A stretch of DNA of 64,000 nt from NCBI GenBank assembly GCA_013265495.1, contig MU058009.1, forward strand, positions 1,180,001 to 1,244,000, given 5' to 3'. A program made the translations under genes and the position numbers. The DNA comes from Vicugna vicugna. Lineage: Eukaryota. Positions 12,985 through 26,479 of the stretch are shown piece after piece (position 1 is the first letter of the stretch; each line of letters starts with the position of its first letter). The notes under the pieces were generated by a model. It was given only the letters and a program-made list of their open reading frames with translations. It did not search any database and was not told the origin of the DNA.

Positions 12985-14999
12985 TTTATCCACTCCTCCT
13001 TCTATATACCAGCTTTCCTGTTCATTTCTACTCACATGAGCTGGGAAGACCCAAGAACACTTTATCTTAGAACATAGAGTTAGCATCTTCCAGGCCAATA
13101 AGTAATCAAAGGACATCCCAGCACCCACCTTTGGTCCCAAAGAAATAACCTTCCATAAATCAAAGACCATTACAGTCAGCATTTTCAATTGCCAAATGTT
13201 TCCTATTTGTGAATTCTTCAGGTAACTAAGACTTAAACATTTAAATATTATATGTGTATATTAGTCATTTTGATGGGAATATTTCTAAAATGAATTGCAA
13301 ACTTATCTTCCTTACTAAATGGACTATTTTTGACATAAGTTAATCTTTTCTTGATGACTCAGGGCCACTGGTATGGCTCAAATATAGTGCTGCCCTCAGG
13401 GGTGATTGTGGCGTTCAGGACAAGATGGCCAGCCCTTACTGGCCGTGGGCTGCCTGGCATTTCCAGTTAGTGTACCTTCTGCCTCCTCTCTTTCTGACAC
13501 CTGTCACCTTCCCATGTGCCTGCTTCTGAGAGCCCCCTACTTCGCTGCTTCTCATTTGCTATCTGCTGCAACCTTGGGAGAACTGGTGGTTGCTATGGGA
13601 AACCAGGCAACTGAGGTTACGAAATTAGTAACCTGAATATCCCTGACTCTGGCCTGAAGAGAGCTTCGTTCTTTGCCCCCAGAAAAGGGAAGAGTGCAAG
13701 CATCAAACAGCTCTCTTCCTTGAGGTTCCGAGGCCTTGTTAGGGTGCGTAAGACATTGCACTTCTGAAACTACAGCAAAAGGAAGAAAACTCTGTTCTAA
13801 GGACTTGACAATCTTTGACTCATGTATTGGGAAAAAATAAATGTGGCTCCTTTCCTGTATGAATTGCAGGTGGAGGCTCAGTGTATCCCTTATGCAGAGA
13901 TTGTCCAAGGCTGGGACCCAAAATATGCTTCGTGAAATAGGACCACAGTCCATCAGTATTCTAAAAAAGGATCCAGTTAGCATCAGGCCCCGGCCAGAAA
14001 CAGTTCTCAAGGGAAGCAGTTCTCTTAAAAGCATTACAGGATCGCCTAATTAGGAGAAAATAACTCACCATTTCCATGGGTATTTGTTCTTGTTGTTAGA
14101 CATCTGGAAATCTTAAGGGAAAGCTCAATATTGAATTTTTGACAAGTTGTAGAGGGTAGATCAAAAGATCTTGAGGATGTCAGATGATCTGAAAGATGCC
14201 ATTCTTTGATTAATTAAACTAATTTGTATTCACATCTTTATGCTTCTAATACCCTTTGACATTAGTATGGGGATTTTTCTTGAATTAATTCTCAGATTTA
14301 TGTAATAAGCATCCTGGAAGGCTGGGACAGCGAGCCCAAATGTGTAAGAAGTAGCATTTGATCACTGGATGATTTTTCTCGTTCTAATTCTTTCTACCTC
14401 TTTCTGCCTCTGCCGTCTCTACTTGGGCAGAGAACAATGTCAAGAACCCAGTTCTCAAGACGTCTATGCTGGAGCTGAAGGAGGTGGCAACCTAATTAAT
14501 TAGGCACTTCCTGACCTTAAAGCACCAAATCTGGAGAAGCTGGCAGCAAATTGACTCGCTCCGCATTGATGCTGGGATCAGGTGAATCTCCCCCACCCAC
14601 GGCGCACCTGGGCCTTGAGAACAAGAAGGGGCTGCGCATCACCGGTCACTTTTCTAGGAGGAGTAAGTGCACCCAGCAGGCGACGGAAACCAGGCGACGG
14701 TAATGGAGCCCTCACCACCGGCGGCCGCTTCCGCACTAGTGAAAATCGAAAGCTGGTCCTGAGACACCCTTCCTTACCAGACTGAGGCTGCGTAACTGGG
14801 ACACTCACCACAGAGAAGTGTCATCTCTAGACACACTGAGCAGTAGGATCCCCAGGTTTTTCCTAAGGATTGTCTCCCCTCTTCAGCTTGGGGACTGTGG
14901 TTACATCTCCAAGGCCGCCGTTCGGATGATGATAATGGAGTTTGGCACCTTGACCACCTGCTGTTCTGGATGCCTTCCCTCTGCACCCTCAGATTCAGT

Positions 15000-15440
15000 T
15001 ACATCCCCCTTTCCCCTCCCCTCTGGGACCCAGGAAGAGGACTTGTATGGGCTTCATCACTAGGGCTCCTTTCCGTTGACTTCTTGTTGATTTGGGCTAA
15101 TTTCAGGGACTATCAGGAGACCAAAAAGTGAGAGGAGCATGAAATCAGGGTGTGTGTTCCCTCTGCTCTCTGCATTCTGTTCCACTGCAGTTTGGCTGCT
15201 TCCTTTTGCTGGGAAGCCCTCCGTACACAGCCACCCTGCCGCCCCCAGCCAAGGGTCAGTAAATGTCCACCTCCCTGCCCTTTCAGGCCTGTTATCCGAC
15301 GATCTCCTAGCCGTTGCCAGCCCTGGGAGCCCAACCATCCTCTCTGCTTTCCCATGTTCCTCCCTCCATCTTTGTGAAAAGTCTCTTTAATAAAACCCTT
15401 TCATTACCCCCTTTGAGTCATTTATTTCTGCCTGACTATC
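15000..15440 (+). mobile_element. Ancient ERVL-type solo LTR (LTR16-like)
   Basis: 3' end aataaaaccctttcattacccctttgagtcatttatttctgcctgact resembles LTR16-class termini; 5' boundary uncertain. Confidence 0.45.
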
Positions 15441-15874
15441 TGGCAGAGGTGGAAAAAACAAGCAGGGAACTTTCATGGGGAAGACGTCGATGGCGGCTGG
15501 GGACGCATAACTGGTGGAACTTGCTCAGGTTCAGAGAGTCTTAGTTATCCCACTGCTGAGAAATATGATTTAGGATAATCCCTTGGCAAAAATAGAAACA
15601 AAAAATACGTCTTCGCTAAAGCGTAGTAGAGTGAAAAGGATGTTTGAACTGAAGTCCGAAGACCCAGAGGCAAGTCAAAACGCATCCTTTTCATCACTGT
15701 GTATATTTTGAAAAGGCCCTTAAGATCCTTGAGCTATTTTTTCCCATAAAATTGTTTGGCCTGTGGATCAGGAGAGACGCTAATGAGGAGGCCCTTTGTA
15801 AGCTGCGGCACAGCACGCGTGTTCCTCGTTACCGTCTGCCCCTCACATTCCCCATCTCCCCGCGTTCTTTTTAT

Positions 15875-16146
15875 AGCACTTCCTAAAGTGTGTTCTGCAC
15901 AACACTAATTTTGATAGACGTTTTTTTCCAAAGGGGCTTAAATCCAAGTAGGTTTGAGAGATACTGAATATTATACAGTCTGTTTGGAGAGTCCTAATTC
16001 ACCTTAGTATGCGAAAGACTGATAATTGTGGTGTTAAAGCTGCTCATTTAACTCGGTTTAATTAAGCAATTCTTCCCCCTTATAACTGCAACTTATATGA
16101 TCATTTGGTAGAGCTAGTGTTTCTTGGAACAGGCTAGGTAAACGCA
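15875..16146. mobile_element. Non-autonomous hAT/Charlie-type DNA transposon relic
   Basis: Degenerate inverted ends gcacttcctaaagtgtgttctgcacaacacta ... tagtgtttcttggaacaggctaggtaaacgc. Confidence 0.5.
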
Positions 16147-19100
16147 AGGATTTCTCTACTTACCAAAAACTCTTGGTTCCTTTACACCCCAGACTGACCT
16201 CCTTCTGAGCATGTGTGATGTATATTTGTCGCCTCAAAGCTCAATGCATTAACTAATCCAGTGAGTTACCAAATCCATCTTTTTTCCACAAAATCCATTA
16301 TTTTTTTGTACATGGATGCTGAATTCACACGAGCTTAATTGATATACTCAGATCTTGATAACCTTCCTCCCTAAACCTTCAAAGGGAAGCGAAGTACGTC
16401 TGCAACTGTTTACAACCCCAACGAAACAGAATGCAGCGTGAAGGGTGGACAAGGGATGTCCCACGGGTAAAATGGGACAGAGCAGGTACAATTTCCAGGG
16501 CACTATGCAAAGTGCAAATGTCAACATCCTCTTCTTTCCCCAGCAAAAAATGCAAATAAGTGGGTGTGATATTCAATATAGATTTAAGGGTGAGCCAAAT
16601 TTTCATTCATTTTAAAGTCAATTTCCATAAACTCCAGTGCGTTATAGTAACAAACCGTGTGCTGCGTATCTGGCAATTCATTTCATTGGGCAGAATTGAA
16701 GAAAACTGGAGTTGACCTTTAAGTCGATCTTTTCCTGGTGGTGATGATGAGGCCGGGGTGAACACGCTAGTCGCCAGGGAATAGAAACTTAAGACTGTTT
16801 TCTCCAAAAGATTTTGGATGTGAAGAGGGGGAGTCAAAACTGCTGGTGGAAGTCTGGCTTGAATCACCAAGATGTTCATTTTCTGAAAGCGAAGGTTTCA
16901 GTTCTCAGTCATCTTTCATTCAATAGGTTTCTATTTCAGTTGTTTCTTCCATTCCCTCTTTTCTCAGACACTTGTTGGCATTGTAGTTAAAAAGAGAACT
17001 AAACTGGAAAGGTAAACATAGCATCCTTCCACCCTGCTACAAATGCTGGGGAAGAGCCCAGCCAATCTGCATGGCTGTGAAAACACCATGGCAACCTTTA
17101 GTGATCCATGGTGGACTTGGCTCTGCGATGGTCAGATAATCACCTGAGTTTCTGAGCCTCACAAAAATTTTGGCTGGAGAAAACATCACACCGAGCTAAA
17201 CTTGTATCCAGGCTCATGTGACTATGTAAGTGAGTGTGTACGTCCCATATGCCAATCCCAACAGCAAAGCTGCTCGTGGGAATTGTCCAAATAAAGATAT
17301 TGGAGGAAAGGCCTTGAAGAGTGTGCCACGATGATTCTTGACCTCTGTCTTTTCTGCCTCCTAGCCACCCATCACTGAGAATCAGCACAAGAATGTGCAT
17401 TAACCAAGTGAGCACACCCAGGGACCTGGCAAATCATTTGACTGTATTCTTTCACGGCTCTGTTCTGATCATGCTTTTTCAAGACCCAGGCAAAGTTCAC
17501 TATGATCCCCCAGTCCACTGTGTGTGCGTATCTATGGAAGCAACCTTTTAGAGGAAGCCTGGCCACGTTCTTCAGCCTACAGTGTGGATGCTGTGTTTAG
17601 AAACTGATGAGAGCAAGAGGATTTATGGATTCCTGGAGACAGTGGGTTTTCTACACCGCTGTGCCTGTGACTGGGTGAGGTGCAGAACAGAAAGAGGCCC
17701 ACTGATTTGCCATTCATTATGGGAAGTGACAAGGTGTGTTTATCACTCAGCAGACAGGAAGGACCTTATGGAGTCAAAAGAAAATAAAATACTCATTTGT
17801 CTTAGAAATGTCAGTTCATCTTTAAGTGAAAGTTTGGTCCCCGGCAGGTCTGGTGGGGAAGATTAGGTTAGTTTCCTGTTTATTTCAAATGGCAAAGTAA
17901 GATGCTGACTGTGAACACGGAGATTTGGCATCTGGGCACAATTTTACACAAAGGATGCACGGTCTCTGTCTTCAGGGGTGACTCACCTTGTCATTGCCGC
18001 ACTCTTGACCTTCAGTGCATCAACAGCCAGCTATTCCCTGTAACTTTCTGACTTTGGAGTGTGAACTATAGAGATGAAGCCCTTACAGGAAGCAACGTGT
18101 TTCCTCTTTCCAAAAGAGCGCTGTATTAGAATACAGGGGCATTTTGCTTACATCGTCACCCAGAAACAAGCTTGGGATAAAGACTTCCACTTAAAAGTGA
18201 TCACTGTTCAAATCACAATTATTATAATTACATTATTAGTATTAAGTACTTCTTTACATGTATCCATATAGCAGTGGCAATATGAGAATTGACTGCGTTC
18301 ATAACAAAAAAAATTATAATCCTGCCAAGGCAAAATGGGCTACATAGTCCCGCTTGCTCCCCATTCTCTCTCCCTTTCTCTCCACACAGACACACACACT
18401 CATTTAGGAATTTCTCATCTGTTTTCCTATTCAATACCTATAATTCCACAGCTAGATCTGCTCAGAAACGAGCCCTTAGTTCTACCCCAGCCAAGCGGAG
18501 AAGTACAACCTATCTGGAGAGCGTCTCTCTGATTGTACCCGAGCAGCCACTCCTATGACTGTCAGCCATGGGGTGGGTGAGTTTCCATCACTCCTGAAGT
18601 TCTGTCCTTGCAGAGGGAGCCTGTTTAGTCCAAGCCCTGGATTCTCTACACCCCTCACTTACTCTGAGCAGAGGGAAGAAGTGGCTCAAACTGACGGAAG
18701 AATTTGGGAAAAAATAACTTAAGCGTGCTTGATTCAGCTCCTCGCCTTCCCTTTACGGGACCAGCTGCCTAAGGGAAGCAGAAGCGAGACCCTCTCCTGT
18801 CAAGTCACGCTCTGCTTTGGAGAAGGAGGATGTCTGGCCGAGACTGGTGCTCTGGGAGTGGGGACAGTGGCGGCTTAGGTACTAAGCCCTTTTAGCTCTG
18901 ACACTGAGGCACACCCTCCCTCTTAGCCTTTATGGTGGCGCTTCCCAGCTGACGTTCTGTGAACAGCCTCAGAAATGCCAAAGCATCAGTCCTTCCAGGA
19001 CTTAGGGTGGCTGGCTGAGATTTTTATGGATTCCAGTTCTCCATACTGTTCATTGCTAGCTATATAAAGCCTCATCTGTTTATCCCAGTTTCAGTAAAAA

Positions 19101-19529
19101 TATTATCATTTTTATGTGCGCCCCAAGGCAAAAAAGGAAGTTTAAAAAACAAACCTTTTGTCAGCAATAAAGGTGATATTCTGATCTTTCTTGTGTTTGT
19201 CTTTTGTCTTAACTTGTTCAGACCAGAGCAAGAAAGAAGGCTGCTTTTCACGGAGCTGCCTCAGACAGGTCAGAGTTGGTAGTTGCAGAATAATCTTGGC
19301 CTAGAGTTTCCTCCTCCCTGAGACTGAGCCTGTGTTTTTATCCTGATGAATCTAGACTTCGTCATGTGAATGTTCCTTTTGGGTTCTCTCCCGCTGTTCA
19401 ATGCATTCTAACCTTCTCCTCTCCTTCTTTGCAACAGCTGGCAGTTTCTGTACACGATTCCTGGCTTCACCACATGCCTATGCTCTTATTAAAAATACTA
19501 GTTGATGTTTCTCAACAAAAGTACCTGGT

Positions 19530-19780
19530 TAATAGCATAGGCTTTGGGGCCATATAAACTTGGCTTAAATTCTCAGACATTTTGAGATCACTTTATTTGA
19601 CGCTGGACAAAATATATAAATCTTCAAAAAGTTCAGTGTCCTGTCTGTCATATGGGGATATTAATTATGCCTATTTCTCTGACTTGTGAAGATTAAATGA
19701 TATTAAGTATATATACGTTATACTTAATATAGTGTCTGACCTATAGCATGTGTTTGATGAATATCAGCTATTGTTATGAT
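19530..19780 (+). mobile_element. MIR SINE
   Basis: gcataggctttgggg...tgtgaagattaaatga...gaatatcagctattgtta. Confidence 0.8.
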
Positions 19781-19941
19781 TAAGCATAGAGAAATGCAAG
19801 AACTTAGGGACTTAGAAATCCTAGGAAACCCCCGTGATATGTCCTATCTTATTATAATGATAAGAACAGCTTAGTTATCTTGTTGCACCATAGATGATTA
19901 GATGGCTAGAAATCACAAATAGCATTAAAAATAAAAATACC

Positions 19942-20300
19942 ATTTTCTTTGGGTGCCCTGTTATTATTTTTTCCTGTCACAGAGCAAAAATGCAAAAACA
20001 GGAAAAAGAAGATGACAAAAATTCAGCAGTCTGAGATCATCAGTCGTTGGCTCCCAAACTGGCTCCCATGTTAGGAGGGTCGGGAGAAACCAAAGAAGGC
20101 GGCAACCACTCCAGGATATTTTCTTTGGGTGCCCTGTTATTATTTTTTCCTGTCACAGAGGAAAAATGCAAAAACAGGAAAAAGATGACAAAAATTCAGC
20201 AGCCTGAGATCATCAGTCGTTGGCTCCCAAACTGGCTCCCAAACTGGCTCCCATGTTAGGAGGGTCGGGAGAAACCAAAGAAGGCGGCAACCACTCCAGG
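19942..20300. repeat. Imperfect ~175-bp tandem duplication spanning the host/LTR junction
   Basis: Copy 1 is 19942-20115 and copy 2 is 20118-20300. They differ by two substitutions, small indels and an extra AAACTGGCTCCC unit in copy 2. Confidence 0.95.
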
Positions 20301-20624
20301 TTGGAAGGAGGCAGGTTTAATGAACAAAGGAATTGACATGTGAGACTTGTCTTGGTTAACCCCCACACCAGAGTCTTAAAAGTTCATGCAGAAGCCTTAC
20401 CTGGGCCCAGTCACGTATTCAGTCCAGATGGTTCGATATCACCTTGCTCTCTCAAGCCTGCGTCCGTGGAACAGCTCCCACTGTGGGAACGGTGGGCAGG
20501 GTGCACGTTCCAAGGACAGAGGAGGGGCTGAGAAGCCTTCAGTTGTCGGGTCCAGCTCTCCAGCCAATCAGTGATACGTCCCCTCCATTACCCCCTCCAG
20601 TATTCCGCCCTGCATGACAGAGCC

Positions 20625-21030
20625 TCATGGTCTGAACCACCAATTTATTAAATTCCTGAGGCTGGGGGCCAGATCACTCAGGGCATTTGTGTGTGTCCTC
20701 ACGTGATTTAATAAAGATGATACATTAGCAGCCTCGTCAAGTGTGGATACACAACATTCTGCTTGGATAATAGCACAGGGGCCTCCTGGCCAGGCAGTAA
20801 CAGTGTCCACTGCCGCCTTATTTTGGGGAATAGCTCTTCTAGTTAGAGACGTATCGGGGATCAGGAAGGCTGGCTTTGCCGACCATCACTTAAGCCTTGT
20901 CGGGTGGATTTAGCCAGGATTTCTATGTGTGCTATGACAACTTCCAAGCCAGTGGAGGGGACATAGATGGTGGTCAGATGATTGTACCAGTGGAAGACAA
21001 AATGTGCCCGCCTGGCCTTGGGGAGAGGTA
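20625..21030 (-). pseudogene. env: Retroviral env transmembrane-subunit remnant
   Basis: RRAIPQNKAAVDTVTAWPGGPCAIIQAECCVST is a decayed immunosuppressive domain (LQNRxALD) plus CX6CC. Upstream FHWYNHLTTIYVPSTGLEVVIAHIEILAK resembles the fusion peptide and heptad region. Frameshifted. Confidence 0.88.
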
Positions 21031-21439
21031 GGCTGGTAGCTTTAGGAACTTTAGCCGGTTGTGTGAGGAGATGGACTGAGGCTATGCCAGACCAGGAATC
21101 CCACCTTTTTCCTACTTTCAATGTGCATGTGCATGTTCCACTTTGAAATGGTGTGTTTCAACAGGTCCAGCTCACAGCAGCATAACTGGACCTTAGTGGC
21201 GATAATCTCCTTTGTCTTGGTATGAAAAGAAACTCACCCAGCCAGGTGGGACGTCCCACGGCAAATGTCAGTAGCTGCCTCCCTCTCCGGGGCTGCTGGC
21301 TTGGTGCTCTCCGCAGCTATAACACACAGTGAGAGTCAGGTGTTTCCCGTGACGTCTATGCCTTTACAGCATTGGATGCCTTGACAATGGTCCCCGGTCT
21401 GGCATATAACATACAAGCCTTTCTGGCTGATTATTTTAC

Positions 21440-22090
21440 TGTATTAAATCCTGGGACAGTACTTTTAGTTCAGCCAGCCGAGGCATTTTTACCTGTTCAT
21501 AATTTAACCTCCTGCATTAATATTCCATGTTTCCTTTCCATTAACCCTGCTGCTTGCCGGTCATAGAGGGGATGGAACCTCCATTCAGTGTCATGTCTTT
21601 TGCCCTGTCTTGTATATCATGGCCTTTGAAATGTGACCCCAGTCGCTGTCTATCTGATGAGGGTATCCATGTGTGGCATTCAGCTTCCCTAACCCTGTAA
21701 TGGTACCAGGTTGGTGTGGGAGGTGACAGGGAAGAGCGCGGATTAGGTTGGATGCAGTGTCGACACGAACCAGAGCACGTTTAAAACCCTCACTCGAGGA
21801 GGAGGGACTGTATGTTCAACTTACCAGTCCGTCACCCGTTGGGAAATCCAGCAGGTGGCCGCAGACTCCTTTGGTAATTGCCTTGGGCGTGGCTTAGTCG
21901 CACAGGATGTGCGGTTACTGCAGTAACCAGGGTGCTGTGGTTCAAGGCTAGCCTGGCATCCCTGGCAACATGCCATCCTACCCGGACACTATGGTGGCTG
22001 CTCTTCCTATGCACCTGATCTGTTGTATCTACTGAAGCATCAGTTGCTAATCTTTGTAGCAGGGCGAGGGCATCAGCTTTCTGGTTGTCA
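21440..22090 (-). pseudogene. pol: Retroviral pol remnant (end of RNase H and integrase)
   Basis: Across frameshifts: NQKADALA (RNase H end), HRKSSHH (decayed HHCC finger), ALVRVDTAS, GYPHQIDSD/SHFKGH, EWRFHPLYDRQAAGLMERKHGILMQEVK (integrase core). Confidence 0.88.
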
Positions 22091-22379
22091 GCCTGGGTGT
22101 CGATGCCTAATGGGCCAGGATGTGGAGAGCAGTGAGAAAGAATGCAGGTTTTCTCCTAGGAGCTTCGGGGTATATTTATCTATCATCGTAAGTCTAGGGT
22201 AATTACTATAAAAAATGTTCCTTTGTATTTGGGGTCAGATGGCCTAGGGTACTCATCTGTTTCATTGTCAATTATCATAACAGTCTCCTCGTTTTTCGAA
22301 GGGAGTCAACCTCTTAGCATCCTAATCAGGCTTTGACAAGAGCACTGGGGCCTCAATCCATGGCAGTTTGTGCCCTCCT

Positions 22380-22780
22380 AGACCTGCAAGATGGCCTGCT
22401 AAGGTCTCCACCTTATTATTCTGATCTTCCACCTTGTCTGTCAGCCTGAAGATAGCAGAGTCGTGGACAACTGTACAGTCTTCTCTAACTTCAGTTCTTC
22501 TTCCAACTTTCTAACCCATTTCAGCCTCTAGTTGGGCCTTGGTGGCCAACCAAGATGCCCATAATAGAGACCAGCCCACTGTGGAAACTATTTGTTTTTC
22601 TTTTTGACACAGTGCACTCTGTACAATTCATCAAACAAGCACATTAAACCAGTCGGTGCCTTTGGGGTGTCCTCGTATTCACACAGTGTCCCACAAACAA
22701 TGAGCACGTGGACCACCCTCTACACAGTCTGGTGACCGACGTGGGGTTTCCCCTGCAGATGCTGCTTTCCCAAGACCCAT
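22380..22780 (-). pseudogene. gag: Probable gag N-terminal remnant
   Basis: ATG at 22780 gives MGLGKAASAGETP; later STVGWSLLWAS resembles the ERVL gag GWLLL motif; lies just inside the 5' LTR. Confidence 0.5.
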
Positions 22781-24380
22781 TTCTTGAGTCTCCTGTCTGG
22801 GTTGCCAATTGTCGGCTTGCTAACTGGACCCCATACATGGAAGGCAGGGAGAAGGTTACACTGCAGAAGGAAGCAAGCCACCCCAGACTGGGGGGCCAAA
22901 GGAGAAGCAGACGCTACACCCAAGCACCAGAATCGTAAAAGTCCATACAGAGGCTTTAACTGGCTTGAGTCATGCATACTGTCCAGATGGTCTCAGCAAC
23001 ACCTTACTCTCTCATGTCTGTGCACTTGGAGAATAGTTCCCACAGTGGGAACAGTGGGCAGAGTGTACATTCCAAGGACAAGGGAGGGGGTGAGGAGCCT
23101 CCAATCGCCAGAGTCCAGCTCAAGCATCAACTGGTGATCACATCCTCTCAGTGACCTCCTCCCAAGTAAGTAACATTCCACACTTCCAAAGCCCTGATTC
23201 TGTCTCTTACTGAGGGGTAGAAAGATCCATGTTGATAATCTTGTTTAGGAATGATAAAGAAAATGTCACTGTACATCACATGAAGCAAAGGAAGTTTCTA
23301 AAACATTGTAGGACCACTTTGACCAAAATAGTAGCCAAAAAAATCACACAGTGGGGAAGATTTATGTTCATTATGAAACACTAATTTCCAAGTGATGCCA
23401 GTGAAGGAGACATTATTGGAAGAATAACTTCTATATGCACATTGCTTTTAACTGTTCAAAACACGTCTGTAAATACGTATCTTATTTTGACCTCATAATA
23501 ACCTTACGTGATTTGGTCAGGTATTAAAATCGCCATGTGGAAAAAAAAAAAATCTAGGTGAGAACTAGAAAGGACACTTGAAACCAGAGATATTCCTCCA
23601 AAGAGATGGCATTGCTGACGCTCTGCAGTCTCATCTTTCCCTTAGAGATGCTATTATCATATTTATTGAATAGTTTTTTTTCCTGGTGACTCATACTTTC
23701 TTATTATTTGAAAGTTCTTCTTATTTCTTTAAGATAGAATTTAATTTTATAGAGAATGACATAAAGTTTATCTTATTTAATCCAGGAGCCATGTTGAATA
23801 TTTTTAAAATGATGGTATAAAGACAAATAATGAAGTTTCCACTTCTTAAATGTCTTATAATGTCTATATATTAGCCTATTTAACTTTCACAATAACCCCA
23901 TTTTACATATTATAAAAAAACACAAAAATATGAATCCAGGGTTTTGGATCCTCAAAATCTGTTATGTTTATGCTCACACATTATCTTCCAAAATGAGTCT
24001 TTAGAGGAGCTCTTAAAAATGGCCCAGAGCTTGAGCAGCAAAGAGTATTGAATTTATCTATAAATATCCTTGGCTCACCCTCAAGGAAACATGAATTCGA
24101 AAGGAAGCATGATGAGTGGAAAGGCCCAATAAAAGCTTTAAAATTTGGAAACTATTTCAGCTTCTCGAAGAGGTACATTCGACACATACACGGTCTCCAA
24201 GAATCCATAGACCTTGAACTGCAGTTGTTCCCAAGAATCAAACCAGAAGTCCCTCCTAAGTCAAGGAGTATTTTTAGAGCATTTTTGAAGACTTGTAAAA
24301 TGCTGCCCTGCTATCCACATGCACCACAACCATAGCCTGTAAAAGAGCGTGCGGACGTGGAGGCGATTAGATTCTGGCCA

Positions 24381-24404
24381 ACACACACACACACACACAC
24401 ACAC
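24381..24404. repeat. (AC)n microsatellite
   Basis: Direct reading. Confidence 0.95.
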
Positions 24405-26186
24405 AATATAAAAGGCAGTGAAGAGCAGGTCAAGGTGAAAGTAAAAGGGAAACTCCAACCACCAGCCTTCGTTCTTCTCCTTTCACGGACATGCATGTGT
24501 CACAAAGTTTCTATACGTTAGAGAAGCTAGAAGTCTAGATATTCTGCAATGAAGAAAGAACCAGGGACTTCTTCCTCAAATTATGTTCTAGGAGACCCCG
24601 AAATATCTGCCTTTTCTAATATGACTCACGCTTTCAGAAAGTTAACATATATCAAGTTCTCTTACTATGAACACGCTTTGGTTGAAGACACTAAAGTGCG
24701 GTTCAGGAGAGAAGAGGGCGGGCACGTTCAGATCAGTCAGTCATGATGCACCTGCTGCCCCAGGACAAAAATAATTTGGGGGGGGGGTATTACTGATTAC
24801 AGAGGTAAGGGAAATAAATGCTTAGCATATCATTCATTCTGCACTATTGGCTTAGTCAGCAAGTGGTCCGTCACTGTGCTAGTTAATGGGAGGGAGATGA
24901 AGGAAAAACTGAGGCGGGGGCCTTGTCCTAGGTAAATCGAGCAGACGTGATGGAGAGACAAGGCTTACATCAGTGAAGCTACCACTTATGCTGCTGCTGA
25001 TGAAGAGCGAACATTCTCTTTCCCAGGAAATCACAGCCTAAGTTGGACAAATAACCTACTGTGTGAAACGATCAGACATGCCCTCACATGGACTAACAGG
25101 ACCAGCGGACTGGCGTGATTGACATAATGAGGGCTCTGAGGCATATTCAGACACCTTGAAGTGTTTCAGCAGAGCCTTTCTGGAGTAGGCGAATGCTTAA
25201 AAGGGGGGCTTGGGAAGAGGGGTGCAATCCTGTCACTCCTCCCTGCTCTTTGGATCTGGCTCTATCTGATGGTCCGTGAGTTCCGTCCCTTCTAATGCAT
25301 TGGTGGAGAATCCTGAACAACCATAGTAAGAAGGGCTGATAGCCTAGACCCAAATCCCCGAGGTCTGACACCTTCCACTGCTTAGCATTTAAGACAAGCG
25401 ACGTCTGTGCCTGTCTTCCTGCCAGCTTTCCCTCACCGCAGCTTATTCCTTTTTCTTCTTTGAGCCTCCGCGCTTTACATCGCCTAAGGATAAGCCTGGC
25501 ACTTTTTACCATCGATGATCCAATTAGCAGAGAAGGGAGCAGCTCAGCTTGCAACAACACACAGACTTTGGTATGAGCCCCACAGAGAAAAAGCAACACT
25601 TTAGACACTCTTTATGCATAGCTGCCTGTCTAGTCTCTCTGTGATCTTAGAGCAAAGCCTCAGAAAACCATGTTAGCTGCCCAAGGTTGCCATTCAAGTC
25701 TGGAAAGGATGGAAAAGGACTCATGTTCGTTTCTACTGGGGCAAGTTCCCTGAATACCTCCCATAATCTGGACCTTTCTAACAGCCATTTATTATCTTTT
25801 AGACTGGGCAATAGGAAAAGAGAATTTTACATGAGGATGAAACTCCCAGGGGACAGTGTATCTACACATTGAGCTAAGAGGCACACGTATGCATAACTCC
25901 TCACATTATTTATCCTGAATCTTAGGAAATTCTTCTTGTATGTAGGTTACCTGTAGGCTGAAGATGAGGAGGCTGTGGTCCTCTTTTTGGAGTAGATGAG
26001 AATCCAAAATGATCTTAGTTCATTCAATTTTTTTAAGAATGATTATTCATGCAAAAGTATTTGTTCAGGACTGGAGGACATGTAAAGGAACACAGGATAC
26101 TTTTTCTGTTCCCTACGGATATATGTTTAGACAACATACTTACCATTCACAGATTCTCAATATAGAGTTTGTAGACATCAGTTGGT

Positions 26187-26424
26187 CTAGTGGTTTTCAA
26201 GCAATGGCAGTACCACCATCCACCAAAAATTTGGGAAGTTTTGTTTGTTTGGGCTATTTTTAAATGATTGGAATGTTATAACTGGTGTGGGATGTTGTAG
26301 TGATACACAAATCACCTAAGGGATAAAAGATGCAAAACGTATCACAATGCTCTTCAGAAGAAAATAATTATCAAATCCAAGATGTCAAAAGTAACTCTTC
26401 CATTCATAACTGAGAAAGCACTGT
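26187..26424. mobile_element. MER20-like hAT element
   Basis: ctagtggttttcaa ... ctgagaaagcactg ends with MER20-like interior. Confidence 0.55.
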
Positions 26425-26479
26425 GTAGATTTTTCCACATCAGCCCCAAGCTCTTTGCCTTAGCCTATCTCCTTGGCTC

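Larger units (their letters stand above)
20254..23167 (-). mobile_element. Degenerate, internally deleted endogenous retrovirus provirus (ERVL/class III-like pol plus env)
   Basis: Two alignable LTRs (20254-~20600 and ~22920-23167, sharing e.g. cccac(t/a)gtgggaac(g/a)gtgggcag and ttccaaggaca). Gag-, integrase- and env-like remnants lie in retroviral order on the minus strand. Confidence 0.9.

Noticed and set aside
20625..21121. Domesticated env (syncytin-like) gene
   Set aside because: Frameshifted, ISD decayed, most of SU and the membrane anchor missing.
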